From positions 1 through 33,089 of the forward strand of contig DAOTUR010000700.1 in the NCBI GenBank assembly GCA_034436915.1: a stretch of 33,089 bases of DNA, in the 5' to 3' direction. Shown here piece after piece: positions 28,801 through 33,089 of the stretch. Made by a program: the position numbers and the translations under genes. The notes under the pieces are model-generated. The model saw only the letters and a program-made list of their open reading frames with translations, searched no databases and was not told the origin of the DNA. Positions within the stretch are counted from its first letter, which is position 1. Each line of letters opens with the position of its first letter. This DNA comes from Anaerolineae bacterium (GTDB taxonomy: Bacteria; Chloroflexota; Anaerolineae; Aggregatilineales; Phototrophicaceae).

Positions 28801-31755
28801 ACCCCGACGGATGCGGCGCTCCAGGTTCTCAAGCCCGGCACCGTCTACGAGCCAAGCTACGTGAATCGCGTCGCCCAGAATCAGTTCCTGTATAACGGCC
28901 CCTGGTCAACACTGGCTGTTGTAGGCGGCTTTGCAGATCGTGTGGCGCTCACCGGATCAAGTATGCTGTTCCGCACGTCCGGCGCATCAGGCATGATCCT
29001 GTATGTGACGGCGGCGGCGGCAAATGGCCCGGTTCAGGTGTGTGCTCACCCGATCAACACCACCATCACGCCAGCCGTTCTGGAAGATCCGACGGTAGAA
29101 AACACTCACTGCCAGACGCTGCAAACACGCGGGACAGGCAATCGCTATGCCCTGCCCTTCCGCTTTGTTGATGGCGATAAAAGTGAGTATTCAGTGTCGA
29201 TTGTGACACTGGAAAATGCCCTCGTCCAAATCGATGCCATCGAACTGATCGATACAACAGTTGCCATGACAGCGGGGACGTATGAATCCACCTCACCGTT
29301 CATCAAGTACAGTGAGTTCACCCCGTCCGACACAGCTCTCGCCAACGGCGGCTTCTCCGGCACAACACCCTGTGCAGGTTGGGCGGCAGATGGATTGCCT
29401 CTGCCTGTTCCCACTCTCTATACGCTTTATGCCGATGCGCCGACGAGCTGCCTGCTCACAACGACAGTCCTGAATCAAGGGATCATCAGCCCGGCGTTCA
29501 CGCTCCAGGCAGGTACGAAATACACCCTTGTCGCCCGTGTTTACATCATTGCGAGTCGGGTCAGCGCGGGCATCCAGATGGAAGCCAATGGCAGTGTCGG
29601 TATCACCCCCCAAACGGAAACCCGTACAGGCGGTTGGTATACCTTGCGCCAGGAGTTCCTTGCGACCAGCAGTGCGCCCGTATCGTTACGCTTCAAGCGG
29701 ACTCTGCCTACCTCGGTTGGCACAGTCCAGTTTGCAATAGATGGATTGTGGCTCATCCCTGAAGGTCGTGGACAGTGGGATCAGATCTATGCAACGGCCT
29801 ACTCTGCGACCAGCGCCATGCGGAGCCAGACGCCGGGCGCACAGGTGACGTTCCGCTTCAATGGCACAGGCTTTGCAGTCAAGATGCCGACGGACGCAAA
29901 TTCCGGTGAAGTGGAAATCTGCTACGGCACAGCGCCCAACCCGACGGCCCCCTGCTTCACCTATCAGCAGGACAGCACCGCGCCGACCTACGATGTGAGC
30001 CGTGTCGTGGCAGGACTTCCGCTCGGCAACTACTATGTTCGCATCACCGAAAAAGACGATGGCATGTCTGGGGCAACCGCCCTGCCAACGCCGCGCATCC
30101 CGCTCGGCATCACCATCGACAGCGTGACAATCTTTGGCGCAGAATCAATCCCGGCTGATATCACACAGATCGGGCAGTACGAGCAGAATGCCAAGAATAA
30201 CTCTGGCACGCCGTATCTGGTGAAAGTGCCAACGCTCAACTGGCGCGACTTCGCCGCAGCGACTTGGACGGGCGGCACAGCCAGCCAAGTCACAACAACA
30301 GCAGGTGTGGCCTCAATCACCAATGCAGGCGCGACGGTGGTGATGAGACTGAGCAACAGCCTGACCAATCCGACGGTGATTCTGTACAACCGTGTGCCGA
30401 CGAACCAGAGCAGCACGCTGTTGATCTGCGCGGCCAGCGATCCGGCACCAAACCAATTGAAGCCGAATATCGTGGGCGGTGTTGTTTGGACAGGCACGGT
30501 CTTCCAATTGAATTCAGCTTCGACTGATAAATGTGTGATCCACAACCTGAAGTCAGGTAATCAGGTGATTCTGTCGGCCACATCGACGGCGGGCAGCCCG
30601 GAACTCAAGCTGACAGCTCTTGGCGATCTTGGCTACAAGATCATCACATTCACCACACTGACACCGGGTGGCTTTAACGTCGATGCCTTTGAAGTGATCG
30701 ATGGCGTGCTGCTACCTGCGGGTCTCCATGACCAGATCAAGCCGGACGCCCAACTGAACTTCAATAACTCAGGCAATAATCCGGCCAGTGCGCTGAGTAC
30801 AGATCCGAAGTGTAATCCACGCTATGGATGGTGTACCTTAAAATTAGCGTCCTACTACGGCGGCTCAACCGCCACAACGCGCCAACCGGGCGCGAATCTG
30901 AAATTCTCCTTCCAGGGATCAGGCTTCTCGATCCTGTCATCACTCAGTGTGTATGGATCTGACATGCGGATTTGTCTGGCTCCCAGCAATGTCGCAAATC
31001 CGTTCCCACCGGACAATCGTGTTTACTACGGCAACCCGACGGGTCTCTTCGAGACATGGTGTGATGTCGTCACAACCAAACTCAACGCTGTGGAATGGGA
31101 TGCCAAGAATCCGGATCGTATCTTTCCAGCGGTCTCGCCATCTGGTTATTACCAGTATGGGTTTGCCTATTATGGGTTGGTCGCTGGTAGCTATCAGGTT
31201 GAAGTGAAGCTCATTGATGTCTCAATGGGTCTGAACGACTCGCTGACCATCGATGCTGTGGCCGTGTTCGGGGGTGATCCCACGCTGCTTGAGGCGGATG
31301 GACGCACATCTAATCTGTTCGATGATCGGCAGTCGCAGATCGTCTATGAACCTGCCGTGAACTGGACAGCGCTCGCAGCGACAACGCAGCCGCCGTTCTT
31401 CAAAACCGAGATGAAAGCCAACAACGCAGGCAGTATTGTCCGTCTGAGAGTTGAGGGCAATGCCATCACGATTTATCAGACGATGGCCACGGATCGCGTG
31501 GTCGGTTTCGCCGTTGTCCCCAGTAACACCCGTGATGTGCGTGTGTGTTTGATGGTCGGCGATGGGCCAATCCCGTGTGAACCGGAAGCCGTAGAAATCG
31601 GCGAACGGACCACAACCAGCTATCGCCAGAGCAATTTCAATGGCGCAGGTATCCCGATCTTGATCTACGGTCTGGGGGTCGGTGAACATAATCTCATCAT
31701 TGAGAATCGTGATACTCGTGCGATGTCGATTGATGCCTTCCGTGTTCATCCGTAA
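16858..31755 (+). CDS. Giant secreted multidomain protein (4,965 aa): LamG-like + subtilase S8 + parallel beta-helix + cadherin-like x2 + 19 lectin/CBM-like modules
   Basis: A single ORF with no stop for 14,898 nt. GGAGG (16848-16852) lies 5 nt before the ATG. The Sec-type signal peptide is MQQPAPRRALISVKRMCMLVMALALMTLIIPRSALSA/QD. Domain motifs are listed in the sub-features. A strong intrinsic terminator lies 30 nt after the stop. Confidence 0.9.
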   Translation: MQQPAPRRALISVKRMCMLVMALALMTLIIPRSALSAQDITPEPTADATSESVINTEAPVISTDVPTLIPTEAAPVATDAAALPTEAAPLPVVTTEATLEATAAATVEPTSALLTSFADTFTDWTGAGWDIVDWLVQTTDDGSAFLITDSATASAVIQNFQPADFQLTTRMRITENNIAEILVRSGLENDRIIFSAQGASRLYRGETLLAASASAPLPPPIDATAEPQWFTVSITAAGGTIGVSVNDVPQIAYTDPQPLPAGMIVFKANANNTGAIALDDISVVTIDPLTAVIATPAAALDVSIPTAEATADVTAQATLEATADATLEATAEATLEPTAEATSEAADLSTSIAKLPESLHSAFELYAAGDVAGATAMLTEQSVYPDAYSRIYLIVAYDGTENIAGLITDDGGEIIALNGTTINAYIKLETVLKLANKASVTSLYLPVAATSTGPIATGNGSADGNANLESFDALGATDWHNAGVQGSGIDIAIVDTGFAANAAPYANPTIGGDFACLKQATVLSGLDNQPNANHGRNVIEVVCDIAPQSSVYLYQAMDYATLGRAIYKARTRSPKPRIILITMDLGASASPGDGTGNVASDSPAAPDPYIQIQQAHDEGIVVIAAAGNSGNNTTDTLQTRYIAYTNSGTGTETITVQPLSGKGAVHIGMQSTSWTGILAGDLQTSIPAIFAGRAAASGLPTTTAGDYYTFDCTNPNTINCQFQVTVTAIMGRVVQVQVINGTLPGANPTGQIPTAGSLARPADSPYVISVGAVCADYKQNFPVYPQSARGPVYGPDGSAPSLLSLPGTTALPRSQVKPDVMSFSNVRTSAATPVFVFSTPGSCTGGFSGTSSAAAHVAGMVALMDSNAANESMTADTFVSFNPDIVLTGNPADAVENVRDYLQTHAVEMPYGTGPATAQSVDNTDESDSNKANFVGANGYDMIYGAGLTVLGSPKYDLTKSVNYTALPDHLPQTQDGDICPSLVYVGQENPGDSIMDGTILHPFVSLAYAYNRAPADACIIVMPGEYVTSLLLQRYGMADPVGSNATVVTGRSIYSYDDVMLADYAPSIFWMNTQYFNRHNSAIFTPGGQQTFFGSYYGTAQIVIDGLPLANSNRTVIGGFTFLATQMLGAISAAGNTSNAFIDEPQGIMLSGSKSVTIRNSSFGEAVIDGVTYPGYTNLPLIGVSSTMILALNQSNGLIMDGNRFVNNHVGYSFTGGTRPPVLFVDNSGINNDLGYDTERVRFSHNLVQANENLSDSTNTSWAPLINANSSAIDITDNMFVQNRAETLIRTATSSPTDALETRILGNIFLSNTIATVVGEGDSGPLINLFYVKFVSFMNNTVVKNTVTNAKYGTLLLRGTTSPAITGTGSMISDLDQTWNIHNNIIYNNLLGRGFADDTIRSKVSTSYECKNTSGVINAGAQRNWVFGNGLDNSACAGAIALAGNNNKTNLDPTPFFRGTTTSNPVLDPVANPVYYALNSLCHVIPAPTTGPCISATSLGFDGVDAGDTTLGGTVINSLDFNQDVDGGARVVDADNGGLTLDLGAFEFETLKFVADPMVISAPAGLEDTVLVVSLDTLRYLGGPIVTGGSGSLSFEIVTYPSDYGTQCTGGTFNDSNRGVQIIGKILKYCPPRNFYTDPAAGSLGNPNVSATDPVSPAVPPVGVPYWPDQLSLTFKVRDEAGQVTQGSPATLQIKIDPVNDALLSGNYNYAVTSSRATIAVQLRPYVKFTPAGATISAFNVVYAPKIGSQFAVDFPYNYVSSAPTIINESGDAPLFDQTELTSAFGQLQTTFTATGRAGLIYLSVVPNQTGYKKFQYTVADRNGGTAIYIVTIRVASTIPNNGLYDNTSFAFVYDDAVLNENDTPDNTNITMGKWERLGAANAINNTLHRTSTLNDQFSVEYKGTGFVLYMRSSGSGSSDFSIEILNNDVTKAMTPWTTLVGGIAGVTTDDLRKSDITGGGLCYTRAPIAGTVAVPQPTLLNGNITNGVDVNFTITCQDMPVLPNSYTVRVKNKKAGYYLVVDAISILNPASLLGSVLTPGYYDVDAKLVRDIFDVPATWQPITNMPATPTVRYSNLVAMQTTSLNPAPITFKVHNATGFAIETTLEPKSPSYNICINEVGLPTPKLCQKFNNTSTLLVNNIFRPFYGLDLSKDYDVTISIDAPMPAGGRFVIDSITVFGDNILPSGPLPLSNIDDLRMDWFVLGGGREDAWALSGVAAAATSLGQTLTTSSPAGTGRYVGPFLGFEMPQEADAFILKYTYATTLSTQWMICVDRTQLATAYGNCIQVNPLATALLPTYQISSTTTGALKPATVSVMTSGPVSNQPLQGSLIIRSNMFDVPWGTGSNHTVEIYSLANAPINFDVITPLDTTASLTPGGYEEITPGLHYFTSTFTESPTFSKLVTDPWTLLTLASYSGSGAMQTKQQNASVAFNMVGATGFAPRLQLSTSTDVLKVCWAASVNAVLINTARVQDVLNNTGGVNSQCRLIDTESLTPVYKVDRPFFGFDPSKNYTVVVQTIGDTFTPAPRVAPITLIWDGLTIFGAEYDLTNLQTLAANVVNEFSFKNRVADNKFLYFGSTWATREAGLAAGRSALNYDTATGMGSSVLFKVSSSSSSDALVFLRDTATTSSDLEVCATKDDYSVRTCATIESNTIAGVKVPAVFHMPGSGNYIVSVTAMSNAAISIDTVQYVPVITPELPAGRFEDTDPRLVYDQNATNLVFNGSMEGISPLTPLGWSTQGTSTLAVGATPIYAGTKSLRISGFTAGSGVRSSTFSLQANTSYAVVGRVLTTAKFGATITMEVRQGVTLLASKSLDISTVNTALAVNTWQPLRIDYTPTISTLTGVDVRLVISQPNPLLIPLTYIYVDDVSVTEGSAWDVYPGITYSGGTLTRSNSHGAQMTFSFDGTGFNLATVADTLGGKFEICYGAGSTLPASPTCMTYVNEAATASRTLTRGVTGLSKQIYTVRVRDIEEGYVDTASALTNVITRTAILRVGRIGIDFIEVYDALLPSPITISTSTTSTTISDNAVDGGGARYIQLLPSNRWNTLTGTLAVGRSGGTVAAQVDPVTSAITTLDGGTVAQFRINVAGTQDVHLVVYTGTGAGYSSTILACVDAVSGDLNYDNVLKRQISVGSTSNCTVVTLIPNLPFFGLNKNMITALGNVSGTHTITLRTLTPGYFYIDHVTVLYGNNLIPGYYENSQAVTAADLMSDTTPLTANWTAEANVAYSGGYALTTTVVTPAEVLALHLKASTGLTVFTASGGINRGITLNVYAATDLTTILYTKSVLFPTSPAVTYKVPVTLAGLPLADYIVTIALNMPTNPPLPAPQITTGKLTVDAVEVYGALQQLGSLYDDASVTPAGVPYLTYTPNTNAAWTTVSGATAVGYLNLTYHQTNLLDAGVAFGVASPNAQGLILRYGATTNTSVKVCVTDASDARTCSTDIVLLGSAGKSKVISFTNPTFATAPGVGPYSVSIVNALPAKIFTLDAVQVLEAGALAEGIYDAIFLKSATAPTILNGTWTTPTAAANSSSGTPSSYVEFTFTGIGFSLVLNETTLTASTYTLCVQAGSLPCTTPAAFNEHTATINRGAAGDYALTVTGLHLSSTDATYTVRVVNTTPPPGTSNLTVKSLHILGSRPGVMLDSTSGRIENTDPRLRYLPFGSLTDTVIKVAPTPSGFSQHQGILRGAGVYFEFQGGGFEYGRQTAATESAYNYCYGVVTTSGTPNYTCVPTAPQQANQLNTALPGMQRINVINTGATCQTVTCWVRLYSTEAKLLPVDFIRIVDDIPLTMGTYEEGNPAFHTVRDFGGSSYVFDDAALNTSVVNTFTLASGGYVRQFSGIAASGKVSALNGGLAFTFRGTGFGINFVRNAFADAVQICYRARSTNAAIAEADIPIIISSGTCVVYDNYSTTVLYNQVRAIQGLPEGNYGVFVQMLGDNYRLPNTVTPQTHSTTQLPIQMVIDNVTVFNDPWYNAITNTSWDTPTDAALQVLKPGTVYEPSYVNRVAQNQFLYNGPWSTLAVVGGFADRVALTGSSMLFRTSGASGMILYVTAAAANGPVQVCAHPINTTITPAVLEDPTVENTHCQTLQTRGTGNRYALPFRFVDGDKSEYSVSIVTLENALVQIDAIELIDTTVAMTAGTYESTSPFIKYSEFTPSDTALANGGFSGTTPCAGWAADGLPLPVPTLYTLYADAPTSCLLTTTVLNQGIISPAFTLQAGTKYTLVARVYIIASRVSAGIQMEANGSVGITPQTETRTGGWYTLRQEFLATSSAPVSLRFKRTLPTSVGTVQFAIDGLWLIPEGRGQWDQIYATAYSATSAMRSQTPGAQVTFRFNGTGFAVKMPTDANSGEVEICYGTAPNPTAPCFTYQQDSTAPTYDVSRVVAGLPLGNYYVRITEKDDGMSGATALPTPRIPLGITIDSVTIFGAESIPADITQIGQYEQNAKNNSGTPYLVKVPTLNWRDFAAATWTGGTASQVTTTAGVASITNAGATVVMRLSNSLTNPTVILYNRVPTNQSSTLLICAASDPAPNQLKPNIVGGVVWTGTVFQLNSASTDKCVIHNLKSGNQVILSATSTAGSPELKLTALGDLGYKIITFTTLTPGGFNVDAFEVIDGVLLPAGLHDQIKPDAQLNFNNSGNNPASALSTDPKCNPRYGWCTLKLASYYGGSTATTRQPGANLKFSFQGSGFSILSSLSVYGSDMRICLAPSNVANPFPPDNRVYYGNPTGLFETWCDVVTTKLNAVEWDAKNPDRIFPAVSPSGYYQYGFAYYGLVAGSYQVEVKLIDVSMGLNDSLTIDAVAVFGGDPTLLEADGRTSNLFDDRQSQIVYEPAVNWTALAATTQPPFFKTEMKANNAGSIVRLRVEGNAITIYQTMATDRVVGFAVVPSNTRDVRVCLMVGDGPIPCEPEAVEIGERTTTSYRQSNFNGAGIPILIYGLGVGEHNLIIENRDTRAMSIDAFRVHP
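17191..17728 (+). other. Domain of giant protein: LamG/DUF1080-like concanavalin-type jelly roll (aa ~112-290)
   Basis: FADTFTDWTGAGWDIVDW...FQLTTRMRITENNIAEILVRSG...WFTVSITAAGGTIGVSVNDVPQIAY...GMIVFKANANNTGAIALDDISVV. The pattern resembles Laminin_G_3/DUF1080. It is flanked by T/A/E/P-rich linkers. Confidence 0.5.
17806..17901 (+). repeat. Four tandem 24-nt coding repeats (ATLEATAD/ATLEATAE/ATLEPTAE/ATSEAADL linker)
   Basis: The units are GCCACACTCGAAGCAACGGCAGAC (17806-17829), GCCACACTCGAAGCAACTGCCGAA (17830-17853), GCTACGCTTGAGCCAACTGCCGAA (17854-17877), and a degenerate fourth (17878-17901). A related partial unit lies just upstream from about 17773. Confidence 0.6.
17905..19715 (+). other. 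Domain of giant protein: subtilase prodomain-like segment plus peptidase S8 catalytic domain
   Basis: The prodomain-like segment is RIYLIVAYDGTENIAGLITDDGGEIIALNGTTINAYIKLETVLKLANKASV. Asp495 sits in IAIVDTGF (18340-18342) and His534 in NANHGRNV (18457-18459). Asn628 sits in AAAGNSGN (18739-18741) and Ser851 in FSGTSSAAAHVAGMVALM (19408-19410). The domain ends near MIYGAGLTVLG. Confidence 0.8.
19795..21507 (+). other. Domain of giant protein: right-handed parallel beta-helix (PbH1-type repeats)
   Basis: The N-terminal cap is DGTILHPFVSLAYAYNRAPADACIIVMPGEY. Successive coils include VTIRNSSFGEAVIDG, LIMDGNRFVNNHVGY, VRFSHNLVQANENL, IDITDNMFVQNRAE, RILGNIFLSNTIA, VSFMNNTVVKNTV and WNIHNNIIYNNLLG. 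The C-terminal cap is LDLGAFEFE. Confidence 0.75.
21508..22371 (+). other. Domain of giant protein: two cadherin-like/Ig-like domains
   Basis: The first domain reads LSLTFKVRDEAGQVTQGSPATLQIKIDPVNDA. The second reads GYKKFQYTVADRNGGTAIYIVTIRVAS. These are the usual bacterial cadherin-like end strands. Confidence 0.55.
22372..31752 (+). other. Domain array of giant protein: 19 contiguous ~125-190-aa beta-sandwich (CBM/lectin-like) modules, including two CBM4_9-like units (24937-25482 and 29254-29766)
   Basis: Each module opens with G-x-[YF]-[DE]-[DEN] and closes with a hydrophobic-D-x-hydrophobic-x-V strand (VVDAISILN, IDSITVFGD, IDFIEVYD, IDHVTVLYG, VDAVEVYG, LDAVQVLE, IDNVTVFND, IDAIELID, IDSVTIFGA, VDAFEVIDG, IDAVAVFGG, IDAFRVHP). 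Many carry F-x-F-x-G-x-G-F and a Cys pair. Boundaries are approximate, about +/-30 nt. Confidence 0.65.
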
Positions 31756-31784
31756 CAACTGCACCACAGATCGCTGAACAAATG

Positions 31785-31821
31785 CACAGCCGCCCCTCAA
31801 TTTGAGGGGCGGCTGTGTTTT
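31785..31821 (+). terminator. Rho-independent terminator of the giant gene
   Basis: CACAGCCGCCCCTC (31785-31798) pairs perfectly with GAGGGGCGGCTGTG (31804-31817), a 14-bp GC-rich stem with loop AATTT. It is followed by TTTT (31818-31821), 30 nt after the TAA stop. Confidence 0.85.
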
Positions 31822-31904
31822 ACGCTGTATTCGATGCTTGGTTCACACGAATTATCCCCTACAATAACTCGCCAAATTGCTCATTCTCTTTAAGAGGAGT
31901 TGTT

Positions 31905-32816
31905 ATGCCTGTCTCTCTCATTTACTCCGATGAAGTCGCTTATGCTCGCGCTCATGGGCAGCCGATTGTGGCTCTCGAATCGACCTTGATTACACACGGC
32001 CTGCCATATCCCGCCAATCGTGATACCGCCCTGGCGATGGAACAGGCCGTGCGCGATGCAGGCGCTGTCCCTGCCACAATTGCGCTTTTAAACGGACAGG
32101 TAAGGGTGGGTCTGACGACGGAACAGGTCGATATGCTGGCCCAAAAGCCCGCAGGCAGCGTCCGCAAGTGCAGCCGCCGCGATCTGCCCATCGCCATTGG
32201 CCTGGGGGAAGACGCCGCCACCACCGTCGCCGGAACCATGATCGTCGCACATTGGGCCGGAATTCCGATCTTTGCGACAGGCGGTATTGGCGGCGTACAT
32301 CGCGGCCACCCCTGGGATGTCTCTGCTGATCTCATCGAACTTGGACGCACCCCGGTGGCCGTCATCTGCGCCGGAGCAAAGTCAATTCTCGATCTGCCGC
32401 TCACGCTTGAGGTGCTGGAAACCCAAGGTGTGCCGATTATTGGCTTTCGCATGGACACCCTGCCAGCCTTTTACACGCGCAGCAGCGGCCTGCCTGTTGA
32501 TGCCTGCGTTCAGACGGAAGCGCAGGCGGCTCGGATTATCCATGCGGCCCATATGATTGAGGCCCAACATGGCCTTCTCATCACCGTGCCTGTGCCGGAG
32601 GCCGATGCCCTCAGCGCTGAGGTTGCAGAGGCCGCAATTGAGCAGGCCACTCAGGAAGCCGATGCACATGGCATTCATGGCAAAGCCCTGACACCCTATG
32701 TGTTGAGCCGCGTCGTTGAGCTGACGGGCGGGGCTTCGCTGCGAGCCAATCGCGCTTTACTGATCAACAACGCCGCGACTGCCGCCCGCATTGCGGTGGA
32801 ATTGGCGCATATGTAA
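31905..32816 (+). CDS. psuG: Pseudouridine-5'-phosphate glycosidase
   Basis: IVALESTLITHGLPYPAN, ATGGIGGVHRGHPWDVSADLIELGRTPVAVICAGAKSILD and GVPIIGF are hallmark PsuG motifs. AAGAGGAG (31892-31899) lies 5 nt before the ATG at 31905. The ORF-track start at 31815 overlaps the upstream terminator. Confidence 0.9.
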   Translation: MPVSLIYSDEVAYARAHGQPIVALESTLITHGLPYPANRDTALAMEQAVRDAGAVPATIALLNGQVRVGLTTEQVDMLAQKPAGSVRKCSRRDLPIAIGLGEDAATTVAGTMIVAHWAGIPIFATGGIGGVHRGHPWDVSADLIELGRTPVAVICAGAKSILDLPLTLEVLETQGVPIIGFRMDTLPAFYTRSSGLPVDACVQTEAQAARIIHAAHMIEAQHGLLITVPVPEADALSAEVAEAAIEQATQEADAHGIHGKALTPYVLSRVVELTGGASLRANRALLINNAATAARIAVELAHM

Positions 32817-32840
32817 TAAAGAGCGGTTTTGGAGGCTAAC

Positions 32841-32899
32841 TCCTCACCACACGGCCTCCTTTCACACAAGGGACGAGGAAGGGAGTTGGGGTGAGGGTG
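32841..32899. repeat. Truncated, inverted copy of the 4702-4803 structured element
   Basis: TCCTCACCACACGGCCTCCTTTCACACAAGGGACGAGGAAGGGAGTTGGGGTGAGGGTG aligns with the reverse complement of 4702-4803. Shared blocks are CCTCACCAC..GGC, CACAAGGG.CGAGG and GGGAG..TTGGGGTGAGGGT, but one arm is missing. Confidence 0.5.
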
Positions 32900-32920
32900 A
32901 AAAGCAAAACAGATGTTAAT

Positions 32921-32941
32921 AAGGCGCAGTTTTTGCGCCTT
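32921..32941 (+). terminator. Weak terminator-like hairpin downstream of psuG
   Basis: AAGGCGCA (32921-32928) pairs with TGCGCCTT (32934-32941) around loop GTTTT. It is followed by an interrupted T-rich run (TCCTATTTGTT). Confidence 0.4.
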
Positions 32942-33089
32942 TCCTATTTGTTAAAATTTTCACAATTACTGTTTTACCGAAAAAGCGCCGTAAAGCCCCT
33001 GCCTTCAGGCATGGGGATATAAGGCGTAGGAGCACAAACCACTTTTTCTGATAGACGCGTCTATGAGATGGGGCATCATCTCATACTGT

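Noticed and set aside
4702-32899. Inverted copies of the CCCTCACCCCAAC element at 4.7 kb and 32.85 kb, considered as possible terminal inverted repeats of a 28-kb mobile island.
   Set aside because: The interval contains core housekeeping genes (rpoD, ftsK, an S1-domain protein) and no transposase, integrase or direct-repeat target duplication. The right copy is truncated. Dispersed REP-like elements are the simpler explanation.
1-33089. A scan for CRISPR arrays, tRNA/rRNA genes, toxin-antitoxin pairs, reverse transcriptase/DGR template-variable repeat pairs, and restriction or other defence genes.
   Set aside because: I saw no regularly spaced direct repeats with unique spacers, no cloverleaf-like or rRNA-like segments in the intergenic gaps, and no RT, nuclease, integrase or transposase motifs in any supported ORF. 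This was a by-eye scan only; tRNAscan-SE, Infernal and DefenseFinder would be decisive.
32985-33089. Several hairpins at the right edge: CCCCTGCC/GGCATGGGG around 32990-33012, the palindrome ATAGACGCGTCTAT at about 33050-33063, and ATGAGATG/CATCTCAT at about 33062-33083.
   Set aside because: The stems are short and imperfect, and the region is cut by the window edge, so there is no context to interpret them. They may be more members of the palindromic repeat class, but I cannot support a specific call.

Overview
This 33-kb segment looks chromosomal, with no transposase, integrase, phage, CRISPR, tRNA or rRNA genes recognisable by eye. Most genes sit on the + strand and are housekeeping. They are: a truncated argC on the - strand at the left edge; a four-gene GldA/GldF/GldG-like ABC-2 transporter plus DUF4340 operon; the primary sigma factor RpoD; a LiaF-like membrane protein; a GNAT acetyltransferase; a polytopic membrane protein ending in a sigma-70 region-4-type HTH; an S1-domain RNA-binding protein; FtsK; a GT1-family glycosyltransferase; a convergent - strand operon of two small membrane proteins plus an SRAP/YedK peptidase; and PsuG. 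The outstanding feature is one uninterrupted 14,898-nt ORF (16858-31755, 4,965 aa, 45% of the window). It encodes a secreted giant protein: signal peptide, LamG-like domain, prodomain plus subtilase S8 domain with an intact D/H/N/S set, a ~570-aa right-handed beta-helix, two cadherin-like domains, then 19 back-to-back lectin/CBM-like beta-sandwich modules with a roughly 4.2-kb internal super-repeat. It has no recognisable anchor or dedicated secretion partner. Intergenic gaps carry two dispersed repeat families: GTAGGG...CCCTAC-capped GC-rich palindromes, and a ~100-nt Y-shaped CCCTCACCCCAAC element. They also hold several candidate regulatory structures: an argC leader attenuator, and a consensus promoter with three mini-ORFs ahead of the S1 gene. 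Gene content and the palindrome style remind me of filamentous Chloroflexota, but that is an unverified impression. All domain calls come from reading motifs, not from searches.
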